Of a DNA stretch of 64,000 nt, positions 26,398 to 38,524 are shown piece by piece. The stretch is from Chiloscyllium plagiosum (Eukaryota). The translations under genes were made by a program, and so were the position numbers. The stretch covers positions 103,667,963 to 103,731,962 of the forward strand of contig NC_057718.1 of the NCBI RefSeq assembly GCF_004010195.1, in the 5' to 3' direction. Within the stretch, counting starts at the first letter, position 1. Every line of letters starts with the position of its first letter. The notes below the pieces were generated by a model. That model saw only the letters and a list, made by a program, of their open reading frames with translations. It did not search any database and had not been told where the DNA came from.

Positions 26398-28499
26398 TCA
26401 CTATTTTTCTCAGGGTAAACGTGCAAACACAGAGCAGGGAAACAGACCATTTGGTCCATCCTGGTCCTCATTGCTGATACCTCACTGTAGGAGCACCTGG
26501 CCTCATACAATAGTAAGATCTCCAGCTGCCCCTGCATTATCTCAGGAAGCAGTTTGTACTCACTTTATGGTGGCTTTGGATTTTTTTTCTAAGTACCTTA
26601 TGAAAAAGCTGAGGGTAGACTCCTCATACTTTTCAAGGTAATTCTATAAATGGTAACAAACTGCCAGCACTTGTTAAACCTTCCCCTTCATTCACTGAAT
26701 TCATTTTCATTAATCTCAACAAACAGTGGACGCGATGCAAGGTAATTGACTGACAACCCAGTCTGCAGTATAGGATTAAACTAACCTAGTGTGACCATCT
26801 ACAGCTCACCTACTTGATTAAAACAAACAAGAAAGCCAGTAAACTCATCCACAGAAGCCAAGAAATTCAGACCTTTCTAATTGCTGCACAATCCTAGGCT
26901 TTGATGTACAGCGTCATGTATGGTGTCGCTTCAGATTCTCCAATTACGACCTTTCCTTTTGTATCATATTTCTCACGGCTTAAATGGGAACATGTTAGTG
27001 GGGAAATTACTTACCAAGATTCAGTGCTAAAGAAACACAAAATGTTTTGCTTGCCACTTGATGAAGTTGGTGAATATAATAGACTGTAGAGATCCCATAA
27101 GACTGGGATGTTGCATACTAATTTTAAAATGGCATAATGTAGCAAACATAGAAACATAGAAGCATGGAAACATTGAAGATAGGAGCAGGAGGATGCCATT
27201 CAGCCCTGCGAGTCTGCTCCACCATTCATAATGGATCATGGCTGATCGTCCACCTCAATAGCCTAAACCTGATTTCTCCCCATAACCTTTGAAATGTTTG
27301 ACTATTTTCTCTAATGCCGTACCAATATCAGCAGAAAGAGTTGTTGATTCTCTTGGCTGACCTCCTGTCCTTTGCCCTTCACAAACTTCAGTTCATCCAA
27401 ATCTTGTATCCCAACTTACACCGAATCTCAGTGATCCATCACCCGCTGAGCTCAGTGATCTTCATTGGCTCCCGACATAGCAGCACTTTGGTTTTAAACA
27501 TTTCTCAACCACGTTTCCAAAACCCTTGTCCTGCCCTACCTCCGTAATTTGCTTCCACCCTACAACTCACTGAGACCTCTACACACATAGAAGGTAGAAT
27601 AGTGCAGCACAGATACAGGCCCTTCAGCTCATTATGTCTGCACCAAACATGCTGCTATTCTAAACTAATCCCAAATACCAGGTCTATTGAGCACACCTCG
27701 TTTACGTTGTATCACTGTTGGTGGTTGTGCGTTCAGCCAAAGATTTGACCCTAAGCTCTGGAACTCCCTCCCTGACTCCCTCTCTCCTGCTGCTTTCACT
27801 GAGCTATTGGTTAGCTACTCTCAAGATCTTCACTAGTTGCTCGGTGGCACTAGTTTGAGAGTTTGCACACTCTAAGGTATTATATAAAAAAATTGTTAAA
27901 AACATCAAGCTACAAATGATCCCGTGGATCTTATGATTTGGATTATTTCTAATTCCAAACTACTCATCGATTTATTTTAATTGGTAGTTCGCTCGTGGTT
28001 TTGCTGAGTTGTTTTCCTTAGATTCAGAACTGAACCACTGCCTGACTGTGTCATCTATGACCATTCACACATCTCCTGTACTACCCATTATCCACCAGCT
28101 GTAATGTGAAGGATGGATTGAAGGGATTTACACCTTTCCACAGGCCTTTTGCTTTGTTTTGATTCTGCTTTTATTCCTGAGACTTGCTTTAGCCCTTTGG
28201 AGTTTCTCTGATCTCATATTTTCCTTCTCCATTTCACTGTTATTGTCATTTAGCTAATGTTGGAAAATTCTTTCATTTGGACTTGTTAGTGGCTTCTCAC
28301 TTGTAACTGTGATCTAAATGCCAGGAATTTTAAAATTCCCCAGCTAGTTCTTAGAAGCTGCTATGAAGTAACCATTAGCTCGAGTCTGAGGAATTTCATT
28401 GTGATCTGTGATGCAGGTGCAGAGTGACTGTTTCATCTGAAACTGTAGGCTTGGAGCAACAATAAAGATTTGGTAATTTCTCGGGGTCCTGTTTGCATC

Positions 28500-29412
28500 C
28501 TCAGAGCGCCAACTCAGAGCGCCAACTCAGAGCGCCAACTCAGAGCGCCACCTCAGAGCGCCACCTCAGAGCGCCACCTCAGAGTGTCACCTCAGAGCGC
28601 CAACTCAGAGCGCCACCTCAGAGCGCCACCTCAGAGCGCCAACTCAGAGCGCCACCTCAGAGCGCCACCTCAGAGTGCCACCTCAGAGCGCCAACTCAGA
28701 GCGCCACCTCAGAGCGCCACCTCAGAGCGCCACCTCAGAGTGCCACCTCAGAGTGCCACCTCAGAGCGCCAACTCAGAGCGCCACCTCAGAGCGCCACCT
28801 CAGAGTGCCACCTCAGAGCGCCACCTCAGAGTGCCAACTCAGAGCGCCAACTCAGAGCGCCAACTCAGAGCGCCAACTCAGAGCGCCAACTCAGAGCGCC
28901 AACTCAGAGCGCCAACTCAGAGCGCCAACTCAGAGCGCCAACTCAGAGCGCCAACTCAGAGCGCCAACTCAGAGCGCCAACTCAGAGCGCCAACTCAGAG
29001 CGCCAACTCAGAGCGCCAACTCAGAGCGCCAACTCAGAGCGCCAACTCAGAGCGCCAACTCAGAGCGCCAACTCAGAGCGCCAACTCAGAGCGCCAACTC
29101 AGAGCGCCAACTCAGAGCGCCAACTCAGAGCGCCAACTCAGAGCGCCAACTCAGAGCGCCAACTCAGAGCGCCAACTCAGAGCGCCAACTCAGAGCGCCA
29201 ACTCAGAGCGCCAACTCAGAGCGCCAACTCAGAGCGCCAACTCAGAGCGCCAACTCAGAGCGCCAACTCAGAGCGCCAACTCAGAGCGCCAACTCAGAGC
29301 GCCAACTCAGAGCGCCAACTCAGAGCGCCAACTCAGAGCGCCACCTCAGAACGCCACCTCAGAGTGCCAACTCAGAGCGCCACCTCAGAGTGCCAACTCA
29401 GAGCGCCAACTC
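28500..29412 (+). repeat. 13-bp minisatellite CTCAGAG(C/T)GCCA(A/C), about 70 copies
   Basis: Visible directly; homogeneous core with variant units at both ends. Confidence 0.98.
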
Positions 29413-29539
29413 TAGATAGATTTGCAGTAAGCCCAATAATGTTACTGCTCTCCAAACTCCTGGCAGTACTTTCTGCTCTTACTTCATTAAATCACTTCTC
29501 AAAGATCCATCCCACCCTGGCAATATTTCTCTACAATTG

Positions 29540-29789
29540 GGGAGAAGGTACAGAAGCTTGAACACTCACACCAGCCGGTTTCGGAACAGTTTCGACCCTA
29601 CTGTTGTTAGAATACTGAATAAACTCTCAAACTCCTATATTCACCTGTACCTGTGATTTTGTTTTTACTGCTGTTTACCTACTATTTACTATCTATGCTA
29701 CTTAACTCTGTGATCTGCCTGTATTGCTCACAACACAAAGCTTTTCACTGTGCCTCAGTACACGTGACAATAAATTCAATTCAATTCAT
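29540..29789 (+). mobile_element. Rex1/Babar-type LINE 3' end
   Basis: Translates GRRYRSLNTHTSRFRNSF; ends aataaa followed by a (TTCAA)n tail. Confidence 0.7.
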
Positions 29790-30204
29790 TACATTTCTGA
29801 CTATTCTGGTATCCAGTTATAAAGCAATCACAGGTCACAACAATAATGAAGTGTGGGATCGGGTCTTTAAATACATAATCATTCATTGATTTCAAGAGGA
29901 AAGTTGAGCAGAAAATGGAGTGTTTGATAACAGCAAGCTCACAAGAATCCCAAATGATTATGATGGAGGTGAAACCTGAGTTGAATGGGCAACAGGAGCT
30001 GAAGTATCTCAGTAACAACGTAATCACCCAGTAGGTGACAGGACCAGAAGGTGTGTGCTTCTTAATTCATTTAAAACCCTAAAAATGTCTTGTGACTGAG
30101 CTCAAGCTGTCACTAGTAAAATGCAGAATAGAGTAAGAGGTAGCCCTCACTACATCTTGCCATTTTTGTTGGAGAAAATCACTTGTTCAGCAATTATTGT
30201 TGCT

Positions 30205-30640
30205 TGTCATATGAAGAGAGGTTAAGCAGTTTGGTCCCATACTGTCAAGAGTGTAGAAGGATGAAAGGAGATCTAATTGAGCTACGTAAGATGCTAAAGG
30301 AGATTGACAAAGTAGACATGGAGAGGATGTTTCCTCATATGGGACAAACCAGCATGAGAGGCCATAGTTTTAGGATAAGGTGTAGTAGATTGAAAATACA
30401 GATGCTGAGGGGCATGTATCTGTGGCATTCACTTATCCACAGGGCAGTGGATGCTGAGACATTGAGTAAATTTAAGGAGGAGATAGACAGATTTTTAATC
30501 TGTATTGGATTAAAGAGTTATGCAGAGCGGGCAGGAATACAGAGTTGTCACTGAGATGAGATCAGGCGTAATCATGTGAAATAGTGGAGCAGGCTCAAGG
30601 GGCTGAATGGCCTAATCCTGGTGTTCTTATGTTCTTATTG
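30205..30640 (+). mobile_element. CR1 3' fragment
   Basis: SYEERL..RRMKGDLIE..RGHSFRI. Confidence 0.85.
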
Positions 30641-31257
30641 CTACACATTCACATTATCCTGAGACATTCCCTAAAATGCTTGTTATTTGGAACTTGCCAA
30701 ACAAGTCAAATGTCTTGTATCATTGCAGTTGCTGCTCTATATGCAAATGTTACACTATTTGATTGGTGCAACTCTGTTAACTCCTCGCCTTCATTAATCC
30801 TGGAATAGTAAAAATGGAGGTGCAGATCTTCACAGGTCTATGCTAGATTCCCAGCTGTTAACACAACTCAAGGGAAATGGGCAATGAGAGGAATTAAGGC
30901 AGAACATCAGCCATGAGTCTATTGATTGGTGGAGCACAGCTTGAGGGGCCAAATGGCCTCCTCCTGCTCTTAATTTATGCTGTGAGCTCAGTGTGCAGAG
31001 CTAACGATTTGTCACTTGGATGTTGGGAATCATTCCTAGAATGAGTTCAAACATTGCAACGTGATCAACCATTGCATCCATCCTGCCATCTCTGTGAACC
31101 CATCAGTGAGATGCTATTTCACAGAGAGACAGGTACAGCAAATAATTAGGAAAGAGAATGGAATGCTGCCATTTAGTGCAACGGGAGAGGACTATAACAC
31201 TGGGATATTTTACTACAACTGTTTATGGTGTCAGTGAGATCACATCTGGAGTACAGT

Positions 31258-31473
31258 TGTAGTGATTGGAAGAGGGGCCAGGTGGATCCCATTGTCTGTA
31301 AGATCCTTGAGAGGGGTTGTTAACCTGGGCTAATCAGGGAGCCCTGGCTCACAGATATAAACAGGAGTGTCAGAGAGTCTCCTCATTCTAGGGGTGGTCA
31401 GAGCCCATGTACTGTGCACACGTGAATAAAGGGTGACTTAATAATGGGATACCGGCCTCCGTGCAGTTATTTC
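31258..31473 (+). mobile_element. Short solo LTR inserted in an old CR1
   Basis: TG...CA ends, tataaa and aataaa motifs; splits a CR1 HLEY/CxQxW segment; homologous to 42608-42827. Confidence 0.65.
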
Positions 31474-32409
31474 AGCTGTCTGCAGTATTGGTTTCCTTAT
31501 TTGGAAAAAAGATACCATTTCATTCAGAACAGTTCATTGAGGATGAGGGAGTTATTGAATGGGGAAAGGTTGCAGAGGTTAGACCTGCACCAGTGGAGTT
31601 TAGAAAAATGAGAGCTCATGCTATTGAAACACATGAGATCCAGAGAGGGCTCGAGAGGGCGGGCACTGGGAAGATATACCTTTTGTAAAGCTCAGGGACA
31701 CTCTTTAAGAATATGAATACCCTTTATTAATCAATGGAATTCTCTTCACCAAAAAGCCGCGGGGGTGTGTCATTGAATTTGTTCAAGGCTGAGCTCGCGA
31801 CAATTGGGTGTTAGGAGGGAGCCAGACAGGAAAGTGAAGTTGAGCCGACACCCTGATTATCCTTGATCTTAAAGAACAGCTTAGCAGTCTCAGAGGGCCG
31901 AATGGTCTCATTCTGTTCTTAATCCTTTGCCCTTGGATATTGTGCTATTTCACTAACAGGTCAACAAAAGCACGCTTCCCAGAATGGAATTGGGTCCATG
32001 TTGTAATAATATGTTCAATTAGTGCTTTTAGTTCATATGTTCAGCTTTGACTGCACCGTTGAAATGACCATGGAAGTACAATGTGGCATCAGTGTCAATC
32101 AAGAGTACTTTCCTCTCCCCCCTGGCTTGGTAGGGAGCCAAAGTCAAAAGGACCAACGTTACAACATTCAAGCTTTTTTCGCAAATGGCTTAAATTAATA
32201 AGTGACTTTTTCTTATGCTGCCAAATTTGAAATCATTGAAATATCTCATTCTTTGGGAGAACTCACTGTGCCTGTTTTGCGAGTGTTAAACATGTAGCAA
32301 TCTCTGCCCACAAGTTCCTATACCAGATGTATACTCCTGGCATGGAAGTCGCTATATTATGCTCCCACTGTTTGTAAGAATAAAAACATACGAAACAGGA
32401 GCTGGAGAA

Positions 32410-33415
32410 CATAGGAACGTAAAAGCTCGGAGCAGATGTAAGCCATTCAGCCCCTTGAGCCTGCTGTGACATTTAATATGATCAGGGTTGATCTCATCTC
32501 GGTCTCAACTCCACTTTCCTGCCCACTCTCTATAACCCTTTAACCTACTGCGAATCCTCTTGCAACGATGCCTTCCTTGAAGAATTTCAGTGAGTCCCTC
32601 CTCCCTACCTTTTATCTTAGCCTGCTGGACACACTTTCCTCATTCCTGAAGAAGGGCTCATGCCCGAAACGTCGATTCTCCTGTTTTTGGATGCTGCCTG
32701 ACCTGCTGTGCTTTTCCAGCAACATATTTTCAGCTCTGATCTTAGCATCTGCAGTCCTTACTTTCTCCTATCCTTAAAATTTACTCAATGTCCCAGCATC
32801 CACCCCACTCTGGGGGAGTGAATTCCACAGATTCACAACCCTTTGAGGGAAGTGATTTCTCCTCATTTATGTTTGAAACCTGCTACCCCTCATCCTAAAA
32901 CAATGACCTCTTGTTCGAGATTGCCCCACAAGGGGGAACATCCTCTCTATGTCTACCTTGTCAATCCCCTTTGGCAATCGGTTTGGCTCAGTTGGCTGGA
33001 TGATTGGTTTGTAGTAACAGTGTGATGCCAATGCTGTGGGTTTAATTCCCATCACCGGTTTGAGGTTACCACGAAGGACTCTCCTTCTCAACCTCTTCCC
33101 TCACTTGAGGTCTAGTGGCCCTCAGGATAAATCACTACTCTCTAATGACAGAGCAACCCCTGCAGTCTGGTAAGACTACTGTGACACAACTTGTATCCCT
33201 CAATCAGATCTTCTCTCATTCTTCTAAAATCCAGAGAGTACAGGCCTAAAGTGTGCAATTTCTTTTCATAAGACAAACCCCTCATCTCTGGAATCAATCT
33301 AGTGACCCTCCACTGAACTGCCTCCAATGCAACAACATAACTCCTCAAGTAGGGATCCCAAACCAGTATACGATAGTCCTAATGTAGTCTCACTAATGCC
33401 TTATACAGGTACAGC
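32410..33415 (-). mobile_element. CR1 3' region with nested Penelope end (about 32555-32770) and tRNA-derived SINE (about 32972-33186)
   Basis: RRMREDLIE and RTRGH segments are separated by the two insertions. Confidence 0.8.
32644..32675 (+). ncRNA. Minimal hammerhead ribozyme motif in a Penelope terminus
   Basis: uc-CUGAAGA-A-GGGC-ucau-GCCC-GAAA-CG-UC^ga; stem I is only about 2 bp. Confidence 0.6.
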
Positions 33416-33419
33416 AACA

Positions 33420-34570
33420 CTGACATCATTAGAACAGGTGCGGCAGAGATAGAGAAACTGGCAGAATGGGATGGAGTCCTTACAGGAAGAAGGAGGTGAG
33501 GATCTACAGTTCAGGTAACTGTGGGAGAAAGTAGGTTTGCAGTGGATATCAGTGACCAGCCTATCCCCAGAAATGAAAACAGAGATGTTGAGGAAGGCAA
33601 GTGAGGAGTCAGAGCTGGATCAGGTGAAGATGGGAGCGGTGTGGAAATTGGAAGCGAAATCGATAGAGTTCTCCAGTTCTTGATGAGAGTGGGAAATAGC
33701 ACCAATGATGTCATCAATGTGCCGGAGAAAGAGTTGTGGGTGGGGTCAAGAATAGGACCGGAACAAGGAATGTTTCACACACCCCACAAAACAACAAGCA
33801 TAGCTGGGGCCCGTGTGGGTTCCCCCTGACCTGATGAAAGTGGGAGGAGTTAAAGGAGAAGTTATTCAGAGTGAGGATGGGCTCGGCTGGACGGAAGTGG
33901 GTGGCAGTGGGTGGGAATGGCTCAGGAAGGAGCGGGCAGCCCTGTGACTATCCTGATGGGGAATGGGGATGGAGGTGGGAGTAAAGGTGATAGGTCAGAG
34001 AGGAGGGTGGAGCAGATAGGTGGGAAGGAAGATTTCCAGGTTGGACAGGTCAGGAGGGAGGTGCTGAGCTGGAAGGTTGGAACTGGGGTAAGGTGGGGGG
34101 AGGGGAAATGAGGAAACTGGTGAAGTCCACATTGATGCCCTGGGGTTGAAGTGTTCCGAGGCGGAAGATGAGGTGTTCTTTCTCTGGGCGTTGGGTGGTG
34201 AGCAATTGATGATGGAGGAGGCCCAGGGCCTGCATGTCATTGGCAGAGTGGGAGGGGGAGATGAAATGTTGGGCCACAGGGCAGTGGGGTTGATTGGTGC
34301 GGGTGTCCCAGAAATGTTCTCTAAGGAGAACAAATCAAGTTGAGCGACAGGAGCAGGCAGAAGCAATGGGTCTGCCGGGAGTTCTATTTACGGATTTTGG
34401 AAGGGAGGTAGAAGTGGGCTGTACGGGGTTAGGCGACTAGAGGCGGTGTTGGGAGTTGGGGGGAGCTTACTGGATGACATGAGATTAGAGGCCATAGTGA
34501 ACCCAATAGCCTGGTGTTCAATGGTGAGGTCGTGGTCCAGGGAAGCAGGCTGCTCTGTCCTGGATGGTGT
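33420..34570 (-). mobile_element. Degraded, rearranged Penelope-like element (RT and GIY-YIG C-terminal parts)
   Basis: VAQHF..HS..DMQALGL..EHLIFRLGTLQPQGINVDF, plus decayed RT segments. Confidence 0.85.
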
Positions 34571-34571
34571 C

Positions 34572-35205
34572 AAGCATCTTGAGTAACATTAGAGCCACAC
34601 CCATCTAGGCAAATGGGCAATATTCCATCGCAATCCTGACTTGTGCTTTTTGGTGATGGACAGTCTTTCGGGAGTCGGGAGTAAGCTACTCGATGCAGTA
34701 TTCCTAACCACCAACCTGCTCTCATAGCCATTGTGCTTACGCGGTGAGTCCAGTTGAGTTTCTGATCAACGGTAACCTCAAGGATGTTAGTAGGGGGTGA
34801 TTCAGTGATGGTAATGCTATTGAATGTCAAGGAAGGTAGTTAGATTGTCTCTTATTGCAGATAGTCATAGCCTGACATTTGTGTGGTGAAAATGTGACCT
34901 GTCAGCTCAAGCCTGGATATTGTCCAGATCTTGCATTTGAATGTGGATTGCTTCAGTATCTGAGGAGTTGCAAATGGTGCTGAACATGGTGAAATCATCG
35001 GCAACCATCCCCATTTCTGACCTTCTGATGGAGGGAAGGTCATTGATAAAGCAGCTGAAGATGGTTGGGCCGAGGACACTACCCTGAGGAACTCCTGCAG
35101 AGATGTCCTGGAGCTGAGATAACTGACCCTCCAACAACCACAACCATCTTCCTGTGCCAGGTATGACTCTAAGCAGTGGACAGTTTGCTGTCCTGATATC
35201 CATTG
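34572..35205 (-). mobile_element. CR1-clade LINE RT fragment
   Basis: GVPQGSVLGPTIFSCFINDLP..ADD. Confidence 0.88.
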
Positions 35206-38200
35206 ATCACACACACACACACACACACCTTATCCAAATGTTGGTCTGTTGCTGAAGTCACTTTGCATGGAAGCTTTTTCTTCTGGGGTTTCACCCCGGA
35301 TCAGTTATTGATGGTTGATTTATCTTTTTGTGAAGACAGTGCTGTAGATTCATGATTTCTCTTTTAAGATCAACTTGCGGCGATGAGGTCTTCCAGTGGG
35401 TTTTCAACTTGCAAACTTTGATAAGTGAGATTTTGGAGAAAGAAAGAGAGGCCAAAGGCAGTTGCCCCTGTGGCAGGTTCTGTCAGACTGTGTTTAAACC
35501 CTACACGCTTGCACCCACAAACTGGATCATGTGGCCTCTCTGAAAGCATGGTCGATTCAGTTACCCCAACCAGCAGTTTGTGAAAGTACCAGGTAAAAAG
35601 GTTGAAACCATTAATGGCATTCCAGATGTGGTCTCACAAAGACCCTATACAATTGTAGCATGGCTTCCTTAATCTCATATGATAGACCTTTTGCAATAAA
35701 ATGCTAACACGCCATTTGTCTTGATTGTGTGTTAATAACTGTAATTCATGTGCAAGGACCTCCAACTCCCTCTGTTGATGTCAACCCTTACATCGTTTAA
35801 ATAGAAAATGTCTAATTTTAATATTTGCCTGCTCCATGGTCCTATGGCAATTTTCCTGAGAAACCAGGAAACGCTAGCAATGTACGTGCTTGGTCTGGAG
35901 TTCCTACTTCGACAGGATAGTAGGTAGCCGTATTCAAAGGAACAGGAAGTGGGAATCTGCAATAAAGAAAATGAAAATAACTGGAAATCAGCTACAGGAG
36001 AGAAAAAAAGAGTTTACAGCCAAATGATTACAGTCAGAGTCAGGAAACCTTGGCGGAATTTTATAGCGGAGAAAATCATTGCTGAAAAGATGAGCCCTTT
36101 TGCAACTGTTAGTGTGGTGTATTCAGACATTATAATGTTCAGCAGTACAGTACAACCAAACAGTTGGCAGTGACGGTGGCCAGAGTAAGGTGTTAGGTTG
36201 GGATTGTTTGGGGAGAAAATAGGAGGACTAGTTGTCAGGTGGGTGAGTAGGTGGGATTCCAGGTGGGTGAGGGGTAACGTGCAAGGTGGGAATGAGAATT
36301 AAGATGCTGTGTAGGTGAGTAGGTAGGGTTCCAAGTAGCTAAAGAGGGACATGTGAAGGATAGGTAAGAGAGATAGGGCACCATCTAGGTGAGTAGGTAG
36401 TGTAAGGGGTAAGGGTGTCACATAAGTGGTTGTATAGGAAAATCACTACCACTGAATGTATATCCAACAGGAAAGTTGGGACCAGAAACCAGTCGGTTAA
36501 GTTGTAGGCATCGAGCATCAAGTGGCTGGTGGACAGAAAGGGGGTGCTACAAGCAGTAGAGCTGGAGGGTGTTGGCAGTCAACGCACAGATACAATAAGA
36601 AGAGCTAAAACATGGAAACCTGTATCAATATGATTGAAACTTATAAGCTTTTTAGGGGGCTTGACAGGGTAGATGCAGGGAGGTTGGTTCCCCTTGTACA
36701 AGAGTCAAGGACCGAAGGGCATAAATTCTGACCTAGGTTGCTCATTTAAGATAGAGATGAGGAGGAATTTCTTCCATTACCATTATCTGCATATTGGAGA
36801 ATATAGGAGCAGTGGTTATTATGGAAACTTATTAAAGTCAATGCTGTGTTTGAAAAGTTGTAAAGGGCCTAAGCTAAAGACACTGCCACATGTCTTACCG
36901 ACAACACCAAGTCTGCAACAGGAAGAGCAGACAGTGAGCTATTCTGAATAAGACCAATATTTCACTCAATTAATTGTGCTTCTGATCTGCTGAGTTTCTC
37001 CATGAATTTCTGTTTCTGGGCAGCTCCCCTCCATAAGCCCCTCAATGTCGCTGGGTCAAAATCCTGGAATCTCCTCCCTAAAGGCATTGTGGGTCTACCT
37101 ACAGCACATGGACTGCAGCAGTTCAAGGAGGCAGCTCACCCCCACCTTCTCAAGGGGCAACTAGGGACGGGCTATAAATGCTGGGCCCAGCCAGTGACAT
37201 CCATATCTCATGAATGAATAAGTAAAATAATCTCCAGCATCCACAGCAGTTTATCTTATCATTACTGGTACACATTGCTTCAAAGGTTTGTAGTCAATAT
37301 TTTCCGTAGGAAACGGGTGTTACGTTTTAGAGAATTTTGTGTGTTGTGCTCATTTGTATTATCCTCCTGTGGTAAATATTTAATGTCAGTGATTTGGAAA
37401 CCTTAAGAATCTAAGAATGCAGGTGCACTAGTTTCTGAGACAATGTCAGAAATGTGCAGACTCATTTAATCCAGCTACTACACATAATTGTACCTTCAGA
37501 TAAAGAATGTCCTTTCACTCATTTGATTCTATCCAACCACTGCAGCACGTTATACATCCAACATCTGCATCACACGCCAGCTCTTCATGTAAATAAATAA
37601 CATACTCTGTGCCTGATGATTTTCAGTATTCAGATTCCAACTGCAGAGGAGTTAATTAAATAGTTACATTGAAATAGATAAAGTGCTCTTCATCTGTTAG
37701 CAGAAACCAATTATTATCTCCTTACACAGATCAGTTTATTTTACCTACAAATTAAAAAAAAATAAGTGCATTGACAGACTCACTGAAGATTTAAGAAAAA
37801 AGTGATTAAATCCAATCCCCCTCCCCCAATTGACAGTTTAGCATCCATTATATTAAACCTGTACACTTTAAGCCCCAATTGTGATAATCGATTTGCAATA
37901 ATATTTGACCTGGCACCATAATCTAAGCAAAACTTATCATTTTTTAAAAAATGTCTACGTAATGTGTAATTGTTTTGAAAAAAATTTTAAGAACAATAAT
38001 AAGAATTTGCCTCAGCTTTAAAGGCGTTCTTCATAATTGTTTAGACATTACGTAATACTAGTTCTTCTGATTTGGCAACTCTTGACCGAGAAGCATTGCC
38101 AACAGGACAACTGGTGACCAGAAAGCAGTAGGTTAAGTTATAAACATCAAACATTGAGTGGCTGGTGGACAGAAAGGGGGTGCTACAAGCGATAGAACTG

Positions 38201-38524
38201 GAGGGTGTTGGCAGTCAACACACAAATACAACAGAAAGACTGAAAAGGTGAAAACCTGTTAATATCATTGAAATATTTAAGCTTGTTTGGGAGACTTGAC
38301 AGAGTAGATACAGAGAAGTTGTTTCCCCTGGTGGGAGAGTCAAGGATCAAAGGGCATAAATGCTGACCGAGGTCATTCTTTTAAGACAATGATGAGGAGG
38401 AATATTTTCTTTCAGAACATAGTGTATCAGTGGGATTCCAGAGGGCTGTAAAGGCTGACTCATTAAAGATATTCAAACCTGAGAGTGACAGATTTTTATT
38501 CAGTAAAGAATCACTGGTTGTTTC

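Noticed and set aside
28470..29561. Three long overlapping ORFs (246-363 aa) with the repeat RQLRAPTQSANSE
   Set aside because: They follow directly from a stop-free 13-bp repeat; no supporting gene signals.
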